In this document: positions 51,630 to 60,107 of the stretch, in pieces
How positions within the stretch are numbered: position 1 is the first letter of the stretch
Layout: each line of letters begins with the position of its first letter
Assembly (NCBI GenBank): GCA_001730065.1
Contig: MDLE01000006.1
Span: forward strand, 4,041-68,040
DNA length: 64,000 bases
Source: Rickettsiales bacterium (ex Bugula neritina AB1)
GTDB lineage: Bacteria > Pseudomonadota > Alphaproteobacteria > CAJXXZ01 > UBA1459
Reading direction: 5' to 3'
Translations under genes and position numbers: made by a program
Notes under the pieces: model-generated
Told to the model about the DNA's origin: nothing
Database searches by the model: none
Seen by the model: only the letters and a program-made list of their open reading frames with translations

Positions 51630-52583
51630 TTATAAAATTATTTTTTTCTTTTTGTCTTCCACCATTTTATTAAAATGATAAGATAATGATTCATTAAAAC
51701 TTGTAATTTTTATAATAATACTTTTTATAAAATCACGTGATACATTAAAAACAGAAAGACCACTGTCTTTAAAAGTAAGTGTATAACCTGTTTTATGTTT
51801 ATATTTTTCATCATAAATAAACATAAACATACCATTTTTTCTATCTCCAATTATATTAGCACGTTCATTAAATATATCATTCTTTAAATTAACAATAGGA
51901 ATGACAAAGTTTTCTTTTTTAGATGTAATATGTGTATAAGAATCTAAATTTTTTTTTTGAGTTTGGATTGTATTATTTGTAAAATCATTTATAAATCGAT
52001 CTGTCATTTTTTCTTGCCATATTTTATGATCATTCTTCCAAAGAATATAATCATCGTCGAATGTATGCATATCAAGACCCATATAATCAATACCATAATT
52101 TTTTAACTCTTCTTTCACTTTATCAATTTGATCTTGAAATGCAGGATAACTATCAAAACTATGAAAACAATTATCAACATTCATATATTGTTTTTCTAAA
52201 GATTTCATAGTTTCATCTAATACATTTTTTAATATCTCTAAAGAAAATGGTTTTTTTAAAAATTGTTTTGCTCCTAGTGATAAAAATTTTTCTTGTATAT
52301 TTTCACTACTCATACCAATTATATAATAATTTTCTATGCTATCTTTTATTTGTAATAAAATCTTATCACTAGTTGTATTATTAAGATAATAATCTAAAAG
52401 AATAATATGTGGATTAATAATATTTATTTTTTTTATTACATCTTCACATTTATTAACGGTATGTATATCTAAATTAAGATTATAATTCTTTAGAAAATAA
52501 GATACTGTTTCTAAAATATCATCATTATCATCAATAATTAAAATTTTATATCTCTTTTTATACTTATACTTATTGCAAATCAT
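51630..52583 (-). CDS. response regulator: intact receiver domain + unassigned (possibly degenerate GGDEF-like) output domain
   Basis: ILIIDDNDD, ILLDYYL (phospho-Asp), IIGMSS and LKKPF (Lys-Pro) define the receiver. The 190-aa C-terminus lacks wHTH, sigma-54 or intact GGDEF motifs. Confidence 0.75.
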   Translation of the reverse strand: MICNKYKYKKRYKILIIDDNDDILETVSYFLKNYNLNLDIHTVNKCEDVIKKINIINPHIILLDYYLNNTTSDKILLQIKDSIENYYIIGMSSENIQEKFLSLGAKQFLKKPFSLEILKNVLDETMKSLEKQYMNVDNCFHSFDSYPAFQDQIDKVKEELKNYGIDYMGLDMHTFDDDYILWKNDHKIWQEKMTDRFINDFTNNTIQTQKKNLDSYTHITSKKENFVIPIVNLKNDIFNERANIIGDRKNGMFMFIYDEKYKHKTGYTLTFKDSGLSVFNVSRDFIKSIIIKITSFNESLSYHFNKMVEDKKKKIIL

Positions 52584-52799
52584 GTTTGTCCTTTCCCAGT
52601 TTATTTTCTATATATGAATAGATTATATATGTATTGCAATTCATTATAAATACTATAATCTATACAATTAGAAATATGTATACTATTTAAAGAATATTAC
52701 TTTTTATTAAAAATAACAAATATTTATTTACATAAAATTTAAAATTTCTATAATATTCTTAATTTTTAATAAAAAATATAGTAGAATTTATAAAAAACT

Positions 52800-52870
52800 T
52801 GGAAAATAGTTTAAAGGTAGAACGTTCGGTTCTGGACCGAAAAATTTTAGTTCGATTCTAAATTTTCCAG
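52800..52870 (+). tRNA. tRNA-Gln (anticodon CUG by manual fold)
   Basis: TGGAAAA TA GTTT AAAGGTA GAAC G TTCGG TTCTGGA CCGAA AAAT TTTAG TTCGATT CTAAA TTTTCCA G. It has U1-A72 and G73. It sits where tRNA-Trp usually precedes secE. Confidence 0.65.
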
Positions 52871-52962
52871 TATTTAATTTAATAATTTTAGAAAAATTGT
52901 TATTAAGGTTTGCAAAATAAAGTTTTGCAGTATATAAAAAAAGTAAATAATATGGAGGAATA

Positions 52963-53154
52963 ATGAAAAATCTTTTAAAGGAAATAAGCAAAACATATAT
53001 AGGTGTAATAAAAGAAGTAAAAAAACTTAAATTACCTAATTTTAAAGAAGTATTGAATATTTTATTTTGGATATCTATACTTGGTGTTTTTTTAACATTA
53101 TTTTTGTTTGGTGTATCAGAACTTATTGTACCGATTATAAAATATATTTTTTAG
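52963..53154 (+). CDS. secE: preprotein translocase subunit SecE
   Basis: EVKKLKLPNFKEV followed by a single TM segment, upstream of nusG. Confidence 0.8.
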   Translation: MKNLLKEISKTYIGVIKEVKKLKLPNFKEVLNILFWISILGVFLTLFLFGVSELIVPIIKYIF

Positions 53155-53161
53155 GAATAAT

Positions 53162-53707
53162 ATGTTAGAAAACGATTATAAGTGGTATCTACTTCAAACC
53201 TATAATGTAGTACGTACACGTATACTTTTTAAGGATGAAAAAACAAAAATGGCAAAACTAAAAAATATTTTACAAAGGGAAAACCTATGGAATAATGTAA
53301 AAGAAGTTTTTTTTCCTATTGTAGAAGCATTAGATGCTTATGGTAAATCTTATGAAACCAATTTAGCGCCAGGACATGTATATATAAATATGATTTATAC
53401 AAAAAAAATTGGAGAACTTATTAGGGTTTCTAAGACATTTATATTAATGGGTAAATTTGCAAGTCCTACAATTATTGATGAAGATAGTATTAACAGGTTT
53501 AAAAAAAATATTGATAATAAAAAAAATGCATTAAATTCTTTTTATGTAGGAGAAAATGTTATTATTATTCGTGAAGATCTTCATGGCTTTGATGGGATTA
53601 TTAAAGAAATAAATAATAATGTATACTCGGTAGCAATAGAAATTTTTGGCTGTACAAGTACTTATAAATTACTAGAAGATGAAATAAAAAAAATACCTTT
53701 TAAATGA
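53162..53707 (+). CDS. nusG: transcription termination/antitermination factor NusG
   Basis: An NGN start (KWYLLQTY) and a C-terminal KOW (GENVIIIREDLHGFDGIIKEI). Confidence 0.9.
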   Translation: MLENDYKWYLLQTYNVVRTRILFKDEKTKMAKLKNILQRENLWNNVKEVFFPIVEALDAYGKSYETNLAPGHVYINMIYTKKIGELIRVSKTFILMGKFASPTIIDEDSINRFKKNIDNKKNALNSFYVGENVIIIREDLHGFDGIIKEINNNVYSVAIEIFGCTSTYKLLEDEIKKIPFK

Positions 53708-53766
53708 ATTATAAAATATATTTGTAATTTTTTTGTAAAGATAAATATTTAATGTAAAATATCAAT

Positions 53767-55512
53767 ATGTTGTGTGAAAAAAATATATACCATGATGTTT
53801 ATAGTATAAATATTAGAAAAAAATTAGGTGAAGAGATCACTATTAGTGGTTGGTGGTGTAATTTTCGTCATCATGGTGGTGTATTATTTGGAGATTTAAG
53901 GGATACAAAAGGAATATGTCAACTTGTATTTGAGGATAAACATCTTATTGAAACTGCTAGTCATTTAAATATTGAAACGGTAATTCGTATAAAAGGTAAA
54001 GTTTTAGAAAGAAGCTATGATAATATAAATAGTAATATACCATCTGGTAGTTTTGAAATATATGTAAATCATTTAGAAGTTTTATCTAAAAGTCAAATTT
54101 TGCCTTTTCATATTGAAGAATCTCGTAAAATTGAACAGGAATTAGCATTAAAATATCGTTTTTTATATTTAAGACATGATAAAAACCAAAAAATGTTAAA
54201 AATGCGTTCAGATTTAATGTTTTATGTACGTGAATTAATGAGGGGTATGGATTTTATCGAAGTACAAACACCTATATTAACAAGTAGTTCTCCAGAAGGA
54301 GCAAGAGAATACGTAGTATTTGGTACTAAAACAAAAGGTAAAGGATATGTTTTACCACAGGCACCTCAAATATTCAAACAATTGTTAATGGTATCAGGTT
54401 TACATAGATATTTTCAAATTGCTCCTTGTTTTCGTGATGAAGATAGTAGAAAGGATAGAGCCGTTGGTGAGTTTTATCAAATAGATTTTGAAATGAGTTT
54501 TACTACAGAAAAAGAAGTATTTGAAGTATTAAATAATTTATTAATAAATATCTTTAAAAAATTTGCTCCTCATAAAAAAGTATTTGATTTTGTAACAATA
54601 AATTACAAAGAAGCATTAGAAAAATATGCTTCTGACAAACCTGATTTTCGTAATCCTTTATATTTAGAAGATGTAACAAATATTTTTAGAAATTCATCTT
54701 TTAAATTATTTATAAATCGTATTGAAAAAGGAGATATTGTAAAAGCTATTCGTGTTAATAGAGAGGATATAAATAAAGTTACAACTCGTGGAGATTTTGA
54801 TCGTATAAATACATTAGCACAAGAAGAAGGTTTTCATTTAGGCTATATATATAAAGAAGAAGAAGAGTGTAAAGGTCCAATTAGTAAATTTATTTCTGAT
54901 GAAATGAGAGAAAATATTAATAATAATGAATGTTTATTTTTTTTATGTGATAATAAAAATAATATAAAAAAAAATGCCCTACAAGCTTTAAATCTAATTT
55001 GTGATTATTTTAATCTAAGAGAAAAAAATACTTTTAGATTTGTATTTGTAAAAAATTTTCCTATGTTTGAAAAAAATAATGGAATAATAGAATTTTCTCA
55101 TAATCCCTTTTCTTTACCAGAAGGAGGTATTGAAGCATTAGAAAATATGGATCCTTTAGAAATTAATGCCCTACAATATGATGTTGTATGTAATGGAATA
55201 GAATTATGTAGTGGTAGTATTCGTAATCATGAAATAAATACTTTAATAAAAGCTTTTGAAATTGCAGGGTACAGTAAAGATGAAGTATTAAATAAATTTT
55301 CTTCTATATTGAATGCTTTTCAATATGGTGTACCACCTCATGGCGGTGCAGCACCAGGATTTGATCGTATACTTATGTTGCTTTTGGGAGAGGAAAGTAT
55401 TCGTGATGTTACTGCATTTCCCTTAAATACAAATGGTGTAGATATGATGATGAATACACCTTGTGAAATTTCTCAAAAACGTTTAAAAGAATTACATATA
55501 AAAATTATTTAA
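53767..55512 (+). CDS. aspS: aspartate--tRNA ligase
   Basis: GWWCNFRHHGGVLFGDLRD, FQIAPCFRDED, GIELCSGSIR and PPHGGAAPGFDR. Confidence 0.95.
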   Translation: MLCEKNIYHDVYSINIRKKLGEEITISGWWCNFRHHGGVLFGDLRDTKGICQLVFEDKHLIETASHLNIETVIRIKGKVLERSYDNINSNIPSGSFEIYVNHLEVLSKSQILPFHIEESRKIEQELALKYRFLYLRHDKNQKMLKMRSDLMFYVRELMRGMDFIEVQTPILTSSSPEGAREYVVFGTKTKGKGYVLPQAPQIFKQLLMVSGLHRYFQIAPCFRDEDSRKDRAVGEFYQIDFEMSFTTEKEVFEVLNNLLINIFKKFAPHKKVFDFVTINYKEALEKYASDKPDFRNPLYLEDVTNIFRNSSFKLFINRIEKGDIVKAIRVNREDINKVTTRGDFDRINTLAQEEGFHLGYIYKEEEECKGPISKFISDEMRENINNNECLFFLCDNKNNIKKNALQALNLICDYFNLREKNTFRFVFVKNFPMFEKNNGIIEFSHNPFSLPEGGIEALENMDPLEINALQYDVVCNGIELCSGSIRNHEINTLIKAFEIAGYSKDEVLNKFSSILNAFQYGVPPHGGAAPGFDRILMLLLGEESIRDVTAFPLNTNGVDMMMNTPCEISQKRLKELHIKII

Positions 55513-56168
55513 TTATTATTGTTTAATTTTTCTATTATTACTTCATGTTCTTGTAATTCTTCACTTGAAGGAAAAATGATTAGATTACGATTCCAGTTAA
55601 ATATTTCATTACTAGATAATTGAAAATCTTCTTCTACTAAAAGACATTCTTTATTTGTTTTTTCCAATAAATTAATATAAACTTCCACTAATAATTGAGC
55701 ATCTAAAAGAGCACCATGTTTTGAACGTTTGTGGAGACTAATTTTAAATCTTTTACAAAGTGCATCAAGATTACAGGGCATACCCGGAAAAACTTTTCTA
55801 GCAATTTCTAAAGTATCCACAAGAGGATTTTGTAAAATAGGTAAATTTAACCTCTCTAGTTCCATATTTACAAAACCTGCATCAAATTTTATATTATGAG
55901 CAATAATAGGATCATTTTTAATAAAGCTTAATAATTCATCTACAATTTCTCCAAATATAGGTGAATTTTTTACCATTTCATTTGTAATACCACATACTTT
56001 AGTACTATCTTCAGGAATAATCATTTGAGGATTAATTCTATAATGGATAAAATTACCAGTAGGCATTCTGTCAAATAATTCTACGGCACCTATTTCAATT
56101 ATACGATTTTTTTCTTTATTCAAACCAGTAGTTTCTGTATCTAAAACAATTTCTCTCATAACAACCAA
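55509..56168 (-). CDS. dnaQ: DNA polymerase III epsilon subunit (3'-5' exonuclease)
   Basis: Exo motifs VLDTETTG, IAHNIKFDAGF and HGALLDAQLL. Confidence 0.9.
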   Translation of the reverse strand: MVVMREIVLDTETTGLNKEKNRIIEIGAVELFDRMPTGNFIHYRINPQMIIPEDSTKVCGITNEMVKNSPIFGEIVDELLSFIKNDPIIAHNIKFDAGFVNMELERLNLPILQNPLVDTLEIARKVFPGMPCNLDALCKRFKISLHKRSKHGALLDAQLLVEVYINLLEKTNKECLLVEEDFQLSSNEIFNWNRNLIIFPSSEELQEHEVIIEKLNNNN

Positions 56169-56170
56169 AA

Positions 56171-56242
56171 TGAATATGTGAGGATTCGAACCTCAAACCT
56201 CTACAATGTCGGTGTAGTACTCTACCATTGAGTTACATACTC
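56171..56242 (-). tRNA. tRNA-Val (anticodon GAC) with C at position 33
   Basis: The reverse complement is GAGTATG TA ACTC AATGGTA GAGT A CTACA CCGACAT TGTAG AGGTT TGAGG TTCGAAT CCTCA CATATTC A. Its 3' end is 2 nt from the dnaQ start. Confidence 0.7.
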
Positions 56243-56333
56243 TATAGTCTATATTTTAACAGAAAATATTTATAATTTTACAATATGTCTAAATTTTTTT
56301 AAAAAATTTTATAAATATTTATATACTATCTTT

Positions 56334-56726
56334 ATGTTTAAAATAATGTTAGATAAAAAATTTTTCATACCATTAAAATTAGAGATTAATATTCACAAAT
56401 ATTTTTCTATAAAATTAAAATTTTTAAAAGATTATATTAATTTAAAGGATTGTTATAAAAGTATATGTGAAATATTTTATAATGATGTTTTAGAAATTGT
56501 TGCTTATTATTCTAGTTATAAACAAGATAATAAATATACATATATAGAATTTATAGCCCTTAAACCAGAAATTATTAATGATCATTTATCAAAAAAATTG
56601 ATTAATGATAAAGAATATGAATTTTTAAATGAATATATACATCCAGTTAGTCATAACATAATAGAAAAAAATAACAAAAATATCAGTATCCATGATATTA
56701 TTTCCTTTAATTTAATACAAAAATAA
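56334..56726 (+). CDS. hypothetical protein
   Basis: 130-aa ORF upstream of tsaB, a position often held by rimI. No GNAT motif could be confirmed. Confidence 0.4.
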   Translation: MFKIMLDKKFFIPLKLEINIHKYFSIKLKFLKDYINLKDCYKSICEIFYNDVLEIVAYYSSYKQDNKYTYIEFIALKPEIINDHLSKKLINDKEYEFLNEYIHPVSHNIIEKNNKNISIHDIISFNLIQK

Positions 56727-56788
56727 TATAAATATATTAGTATTTTTTATAAAAAAAACTTGTATAATACTATTTATAATTTAATATT

Positions 56789-57322
56789 TTGTATTATATA
56801 AATATGATAATTTTTATTTCTTTTATTAAAAGTAATTATTACATAGGTGGAAAAGATTGGTATATATCTTTTCATTACTCTATAGATATGTTAGAAACAA
56901 TAAAAGATTTTATAGAAAATGTTACAGAAATATGGGTTACTACAGGACCAGGAAGTTTTATTAGTAATCGTAGTATTTTAGCTTTTTTAAAAGGTATAGT
57001 TATTATTAAAAAATCCATTAAACTTTATAACTATAATATATTAAATCTAATATATGAAAATAAAAATAATCATTTATATTTTTTTGTGGAACTAGATCGA
57101 TTTGTATACTATAAAGAAGAAAATAAAATATATTTAACTTATTTAGATAAATTTATACAGCACTTAAAAAAAATTAATAAAATTTCAATAGGTAATCATA
57201 TTATTGCTCAAAAATTTATTGATATAAACTTTTTTTTCTTATTTTCACTGATAGAAAATAAGAAATCTTATTTAAAATCTTCTACTAACATAGAGTATTG
57301 TGATAAATTTATAGATAATTAA
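56789..57322 (+). CDS. tsaB: tRNA threonylcarbamoyladenosine biosynthesis protein TsaB-like
   Basis: IWVTTGPGSFISNRSILAFLKGI aligns to the TsaB motif GPGSFTGLRIG. The protein is shortened. Confidence 0.6.
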   Translation: MYYINMIIFISFIKSNYYIGGKDWYISFHYSIDMLETIKDFIENVTEIWVTTGPGSFISNRSILAFLKGIVIIKKSIKLYNYNILNLIYENKNNHLYFFVELDRFVYYKEENKIYLTYLDKFIQHLKKINKISIGNHIIAQKFIDINFFFLFSLIENKKSYLKSSTNIEYCDKFIDN

Positions 57323-57382
57323 ATATTAATAAAAATTTTAACTATAATACAAAACTTTTTATACTATGTTAATAAATATAAT

Positions 57383-57943
57383 GTGTTATATTTATTAATA
57401 ATAAGTTTAAATTTATTAAAATGTTCATTTGCATATACTATTAAAAAAATATCTCCTCAATTAAAAAAAGATGAAGTATTTGAGAATCAATTAAAAAAAA
57501 TTCAATATCTATATAAAGATATCGATAATAATAATAGGAAATTTTATCATAAAGGTATGGATAATAAAAAAAAATTTTATAATAATAATATTTGTTGTGA
57601 TATAAAATATAATCTCACAATATTGAAATATTTAATTTTTTTAACTATTTTAGTATTTACGTTTTTCAATTTTAATTATTTTATTATTATATTTTGTTTA
57701 ATAAATTGTTTGTTTATTTTACATTTATTAATTATTTATATAAAGAAAAAAAACATAAATATTTTATTGTTGATTTTTTGGCAAATTCTATGTTTTTTTG
57801 GAATATTTTTTTTATGGTTTAGTTATATAATAATACCAATAAACATTCTCTTAGTTTTAGTTTTTAAGAATTTATCATTTTTTTTAAAAATAAAAAAAAT
57901 AATTTTAACAAAATTAAAATTAATATATAAAATTTTATTGTAA
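57383..57943 (+). CDS. hypothetical membrane protein
   Basis: 186-aa ORF with several hydrophobic segments. Confidence 0.45.
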   Translation: MLYLLIISLNLLKCSFAYTIKKISPQLKKDEVFENQLKKIQYLYKDIDNNNRKFYHKGMDNKKKFYNNNICCDIKYNLTILKYLIFLTILVFTFFNFNYFIIIFCLINCLFILHLLIIYIKKKNINILLLIFWQILCFFGIFFLWFSYIIIPINILLVLVFKNLSFFLKIKKIILTKLKLIYKILL

Positions 57944-57966
57944 TACTAATATAGTATAATCCAAAA

Positions 57967-59160
57967 GTGTTTTTATATATATTATTTTCCTTAGGTTTCT
58001 TTAATTATAGTTCTAATATAAAAAAAAAACCTATAAAAAAAGTTAGTAGATTAACAAGAGGGTTAATAAATATAAAAAATTTTTTTTTAAAAATATCAAT
58101 TTTTTATTTAATTTATTCTTTATCGATATTTATTGTTATTTTTTTTATTTTAAGGTATAAAATCTTTTCTAAAAAAATTATTTATGATAATAATAAAAAT
58201 ATTAATAATATTAATTTATTAGAATTTTTACATGAAATTAGTAATAAAAATTATATAAATACAATAGAACTAACTATTGAAAAAGTATTAAATACTTATT
58301 TACTACATAATAAATTAAAATATACAAATAATATAAACATATATTTGAAAAGTATTGAGAATATCAAAGATATTTTAAAATATTTAAATATTATTTTTTT
58401 AGAATATAAAAATATTAATGAAAAAATAATTAACAAATTTATTCCTGAAGAAAATAAATTTATTTTTTTAAATTTATATAGGGAAATTACAAAAATATAT
58501 TCTTTTTTACATCCTAAACTAGAAATCGCATTAGATAATTTAATAGAAAGACAAAAAAAAGAGTTTAAAAAAAACAAAAAATTATTGTTTTGTCATGTAA
58601 TAACTGATAATAATAAAAAAGACAATAATAATATATATCGAAATATTATATATAATAATATTTATAAAAACTTAGTAAATTTATTAGATATAGAATTTGT
58701 AGAAGAAATAACAAAAAATATTGTAATTTATTATAAAAGTTTTTATGTTAATAAATTATTTGGTTATACTTTTTTTAAATATTTTTTCAGTTCTAATGAC
58801 TATATTATTCAAAATATTTTTTTAACATTTTATACATATTTTGAAAATCAAATAGATTTAAATATTATGTTTTCTTTTTTTATTGAGGGAGCGATAAGAA
58901 ACTTTTTTTCCGTCTTTTATAAAAAAAATGATATCTACTATACTTTTAGTAAAGAACTTTCTTCATCTATTAGTGTATACAATAAATGCAAAAATTATAT
59001 ATATTATATATTAAATTTTTTATTAATAAAATCTATAATTTTTTTGTTAAATTTTATTTTTATTACTTTAAAATTTTATTTTTATTCTTTAATAATCAAA
59101 AAATCCTACAAAATATTTTTATTTTTAAGTTTTATTATTATTTTATTTTTTTTCAATTAA
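57967..59160 (+). CDS. hypothetical membrane protein
   Basis: 397-aa ORF with N- and C-terminal TM segments. GTG start. Confidence 0.45.
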   Translation: MFLYILFSLGFFNYSSNIKKKPIKKVSRLTRGLINIKNFFLKISIFYLIYSLSIFIVIFFILRYKIFSKKIIYDNNKNINNINLLEFLHEISNKNYINTIELTIEKVLNTYLLHNKLKYTNNINIYLKSIENIKDILKYLNIIFLEYKNINEKIINKFIPEENKFIFLNLYREITKIYSFLHPKLEIALDNLIERQKKEFKKNKKLLFCHVITDNNKKDNNNIYRNIIYNNIYKNLVNLLDIEFVEEITKNIVIYYKSFYVNKLFGYTFFKYFFSSNDYIIQNIFLTFYTYFENQIDLNIMFSFFIEGAIRNFFSVFYKKNDIYYTFSKELSSSISVYNKCKNYIYYILNFLLIKSIIFLLNFIFITLKFYFYSLIIKKSYKIFLFLSFIIILFFFN

Positions 59161-59506
59161 TATATATTTTTTTTTATAATATTTCTTATTCATTTTTTTG
59201 ATATTTTTCAATATAAATCTATATTTATATTTTATGATAAATTTTTCTATTCTATTTTTGTATTTTTTTAAGACAAATTATTTATTTTTATTTTTAAGGT
59301 TTAGTTAGAATAATAATCTATAATATCTTAAATAAATATCCTCACATTACCTTCAATAACATGATATTTTTAACTAATTCTATATTTAATATAATAATTT
59401 TTATTTAATATAATTAGTTTGATAATTATTTATCTAATTATTAGATTTTATAAATTTATTCATATATTTTTCTATGTGTAAATTATATGTTATATTTCAA
59501 TTATAA

Positions 59507-59580
59507 ACTTCAATAACTCAATTGGATAGAGTACATGGGTCCTAACCATGAAGTTGTGGGTTCAAGTCCCATTTGAAGTA
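59507..59580 (+). tRNA. tRNA-Arg (anticodon CCU)
   Basis: ACTTCAA TA ACTC AATTGGATA GAGT A CATGG GTCCTAA CCATG AAGTT GTGGG TTCAAGT CCCAT TTGAAGT A. The acceptor stem is perfect. Confidence 0.85.
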
Positions 59581-59581
59581 A

Positions 59582-59965
59582 TTATTGATTATTACAACAG
59601 TTATTATTACAACAATTATTATTAGCCTTATTTAAATAACTTAAAAAAATTCGAGTAACAAATACTATAGTATTACTAACGGAAATAATTGTCCATAAAA
59701 TAGGAAAGGATCTACTTATAAATTCCGGTAAACTATTTTTATAAAACTTCGTTAAAAAAACAAGTATATTTAAAAACATAGCTATCAAAATATGCATATT
59801 ATAGGAATATTTTTTTAAATAAAAATTGTTAATTCCTAAAATACTACAATGATATAAAAAAAGTAAATAATGTACATAATTTCCAAAAATTATTGAAGAT
59901 ACACAAGATAGTAAAATAAAAAAACCACACCCACAAAGACACATAATTACTAAGAATAATAACAT
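59582..59965 (-). CDS. small polytopic membrane protein with CCNNNCCNNQ C-terminus
   Basis: 127-aa ORF with 4 hydrophobic segments, ending KANNNCCNNNCCNNQ. Its stop lies 1 nt from the tRNA-Arg 3' end. Confidence 0.5.
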   Translation of the reverse strand: MLLFLVIMCLCGCGFFILLSCVSSIIFGNYVHYLLFLYHCSILGINNFYLKKYSYNMHILIAMFLNILVFLTKFYKNSLPEFISRSFPILWTIISVSNTIVFVTRIFLSYLNKANNNCCNNNCCNNQ

Positions 59966-60107
59966 AAATCATTAACTTAATATTAATTTTTATAAATTTT
60001 TTAATTTAATTTTTAATTTAATTGTTTTTTTATATTCAATTGAAGTATAAAATTTACAAAAACATCACTATATTTATAATTTTATTTATGTTATAATTTT
60101 AATTAAA

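Noticed and set aside
52800-52870. Calling this tRNA tRNA-Trp on synteny alone, or placing it on the minus strand because the reverse complement of the loop contains CCA.
   Set aside because: The T-loop (TTCGATT), the D-arm and 7-bp acceptor pairing only work on the plus strand. In that fold the anticodon is CUG, with Gln identity elements.
59161-59506. A hidden structured RNA (tmRNA, RNase P, 4.5S or 6S) in the long spacers at 17497-17705, 52584-52799 and 59161-59506.
   Set aside because: I could not find any of the conserved GC-containing core motifs of these RNAs by eye. The sequence is almost pure A/T. This remains unverified without covariance-model searches.
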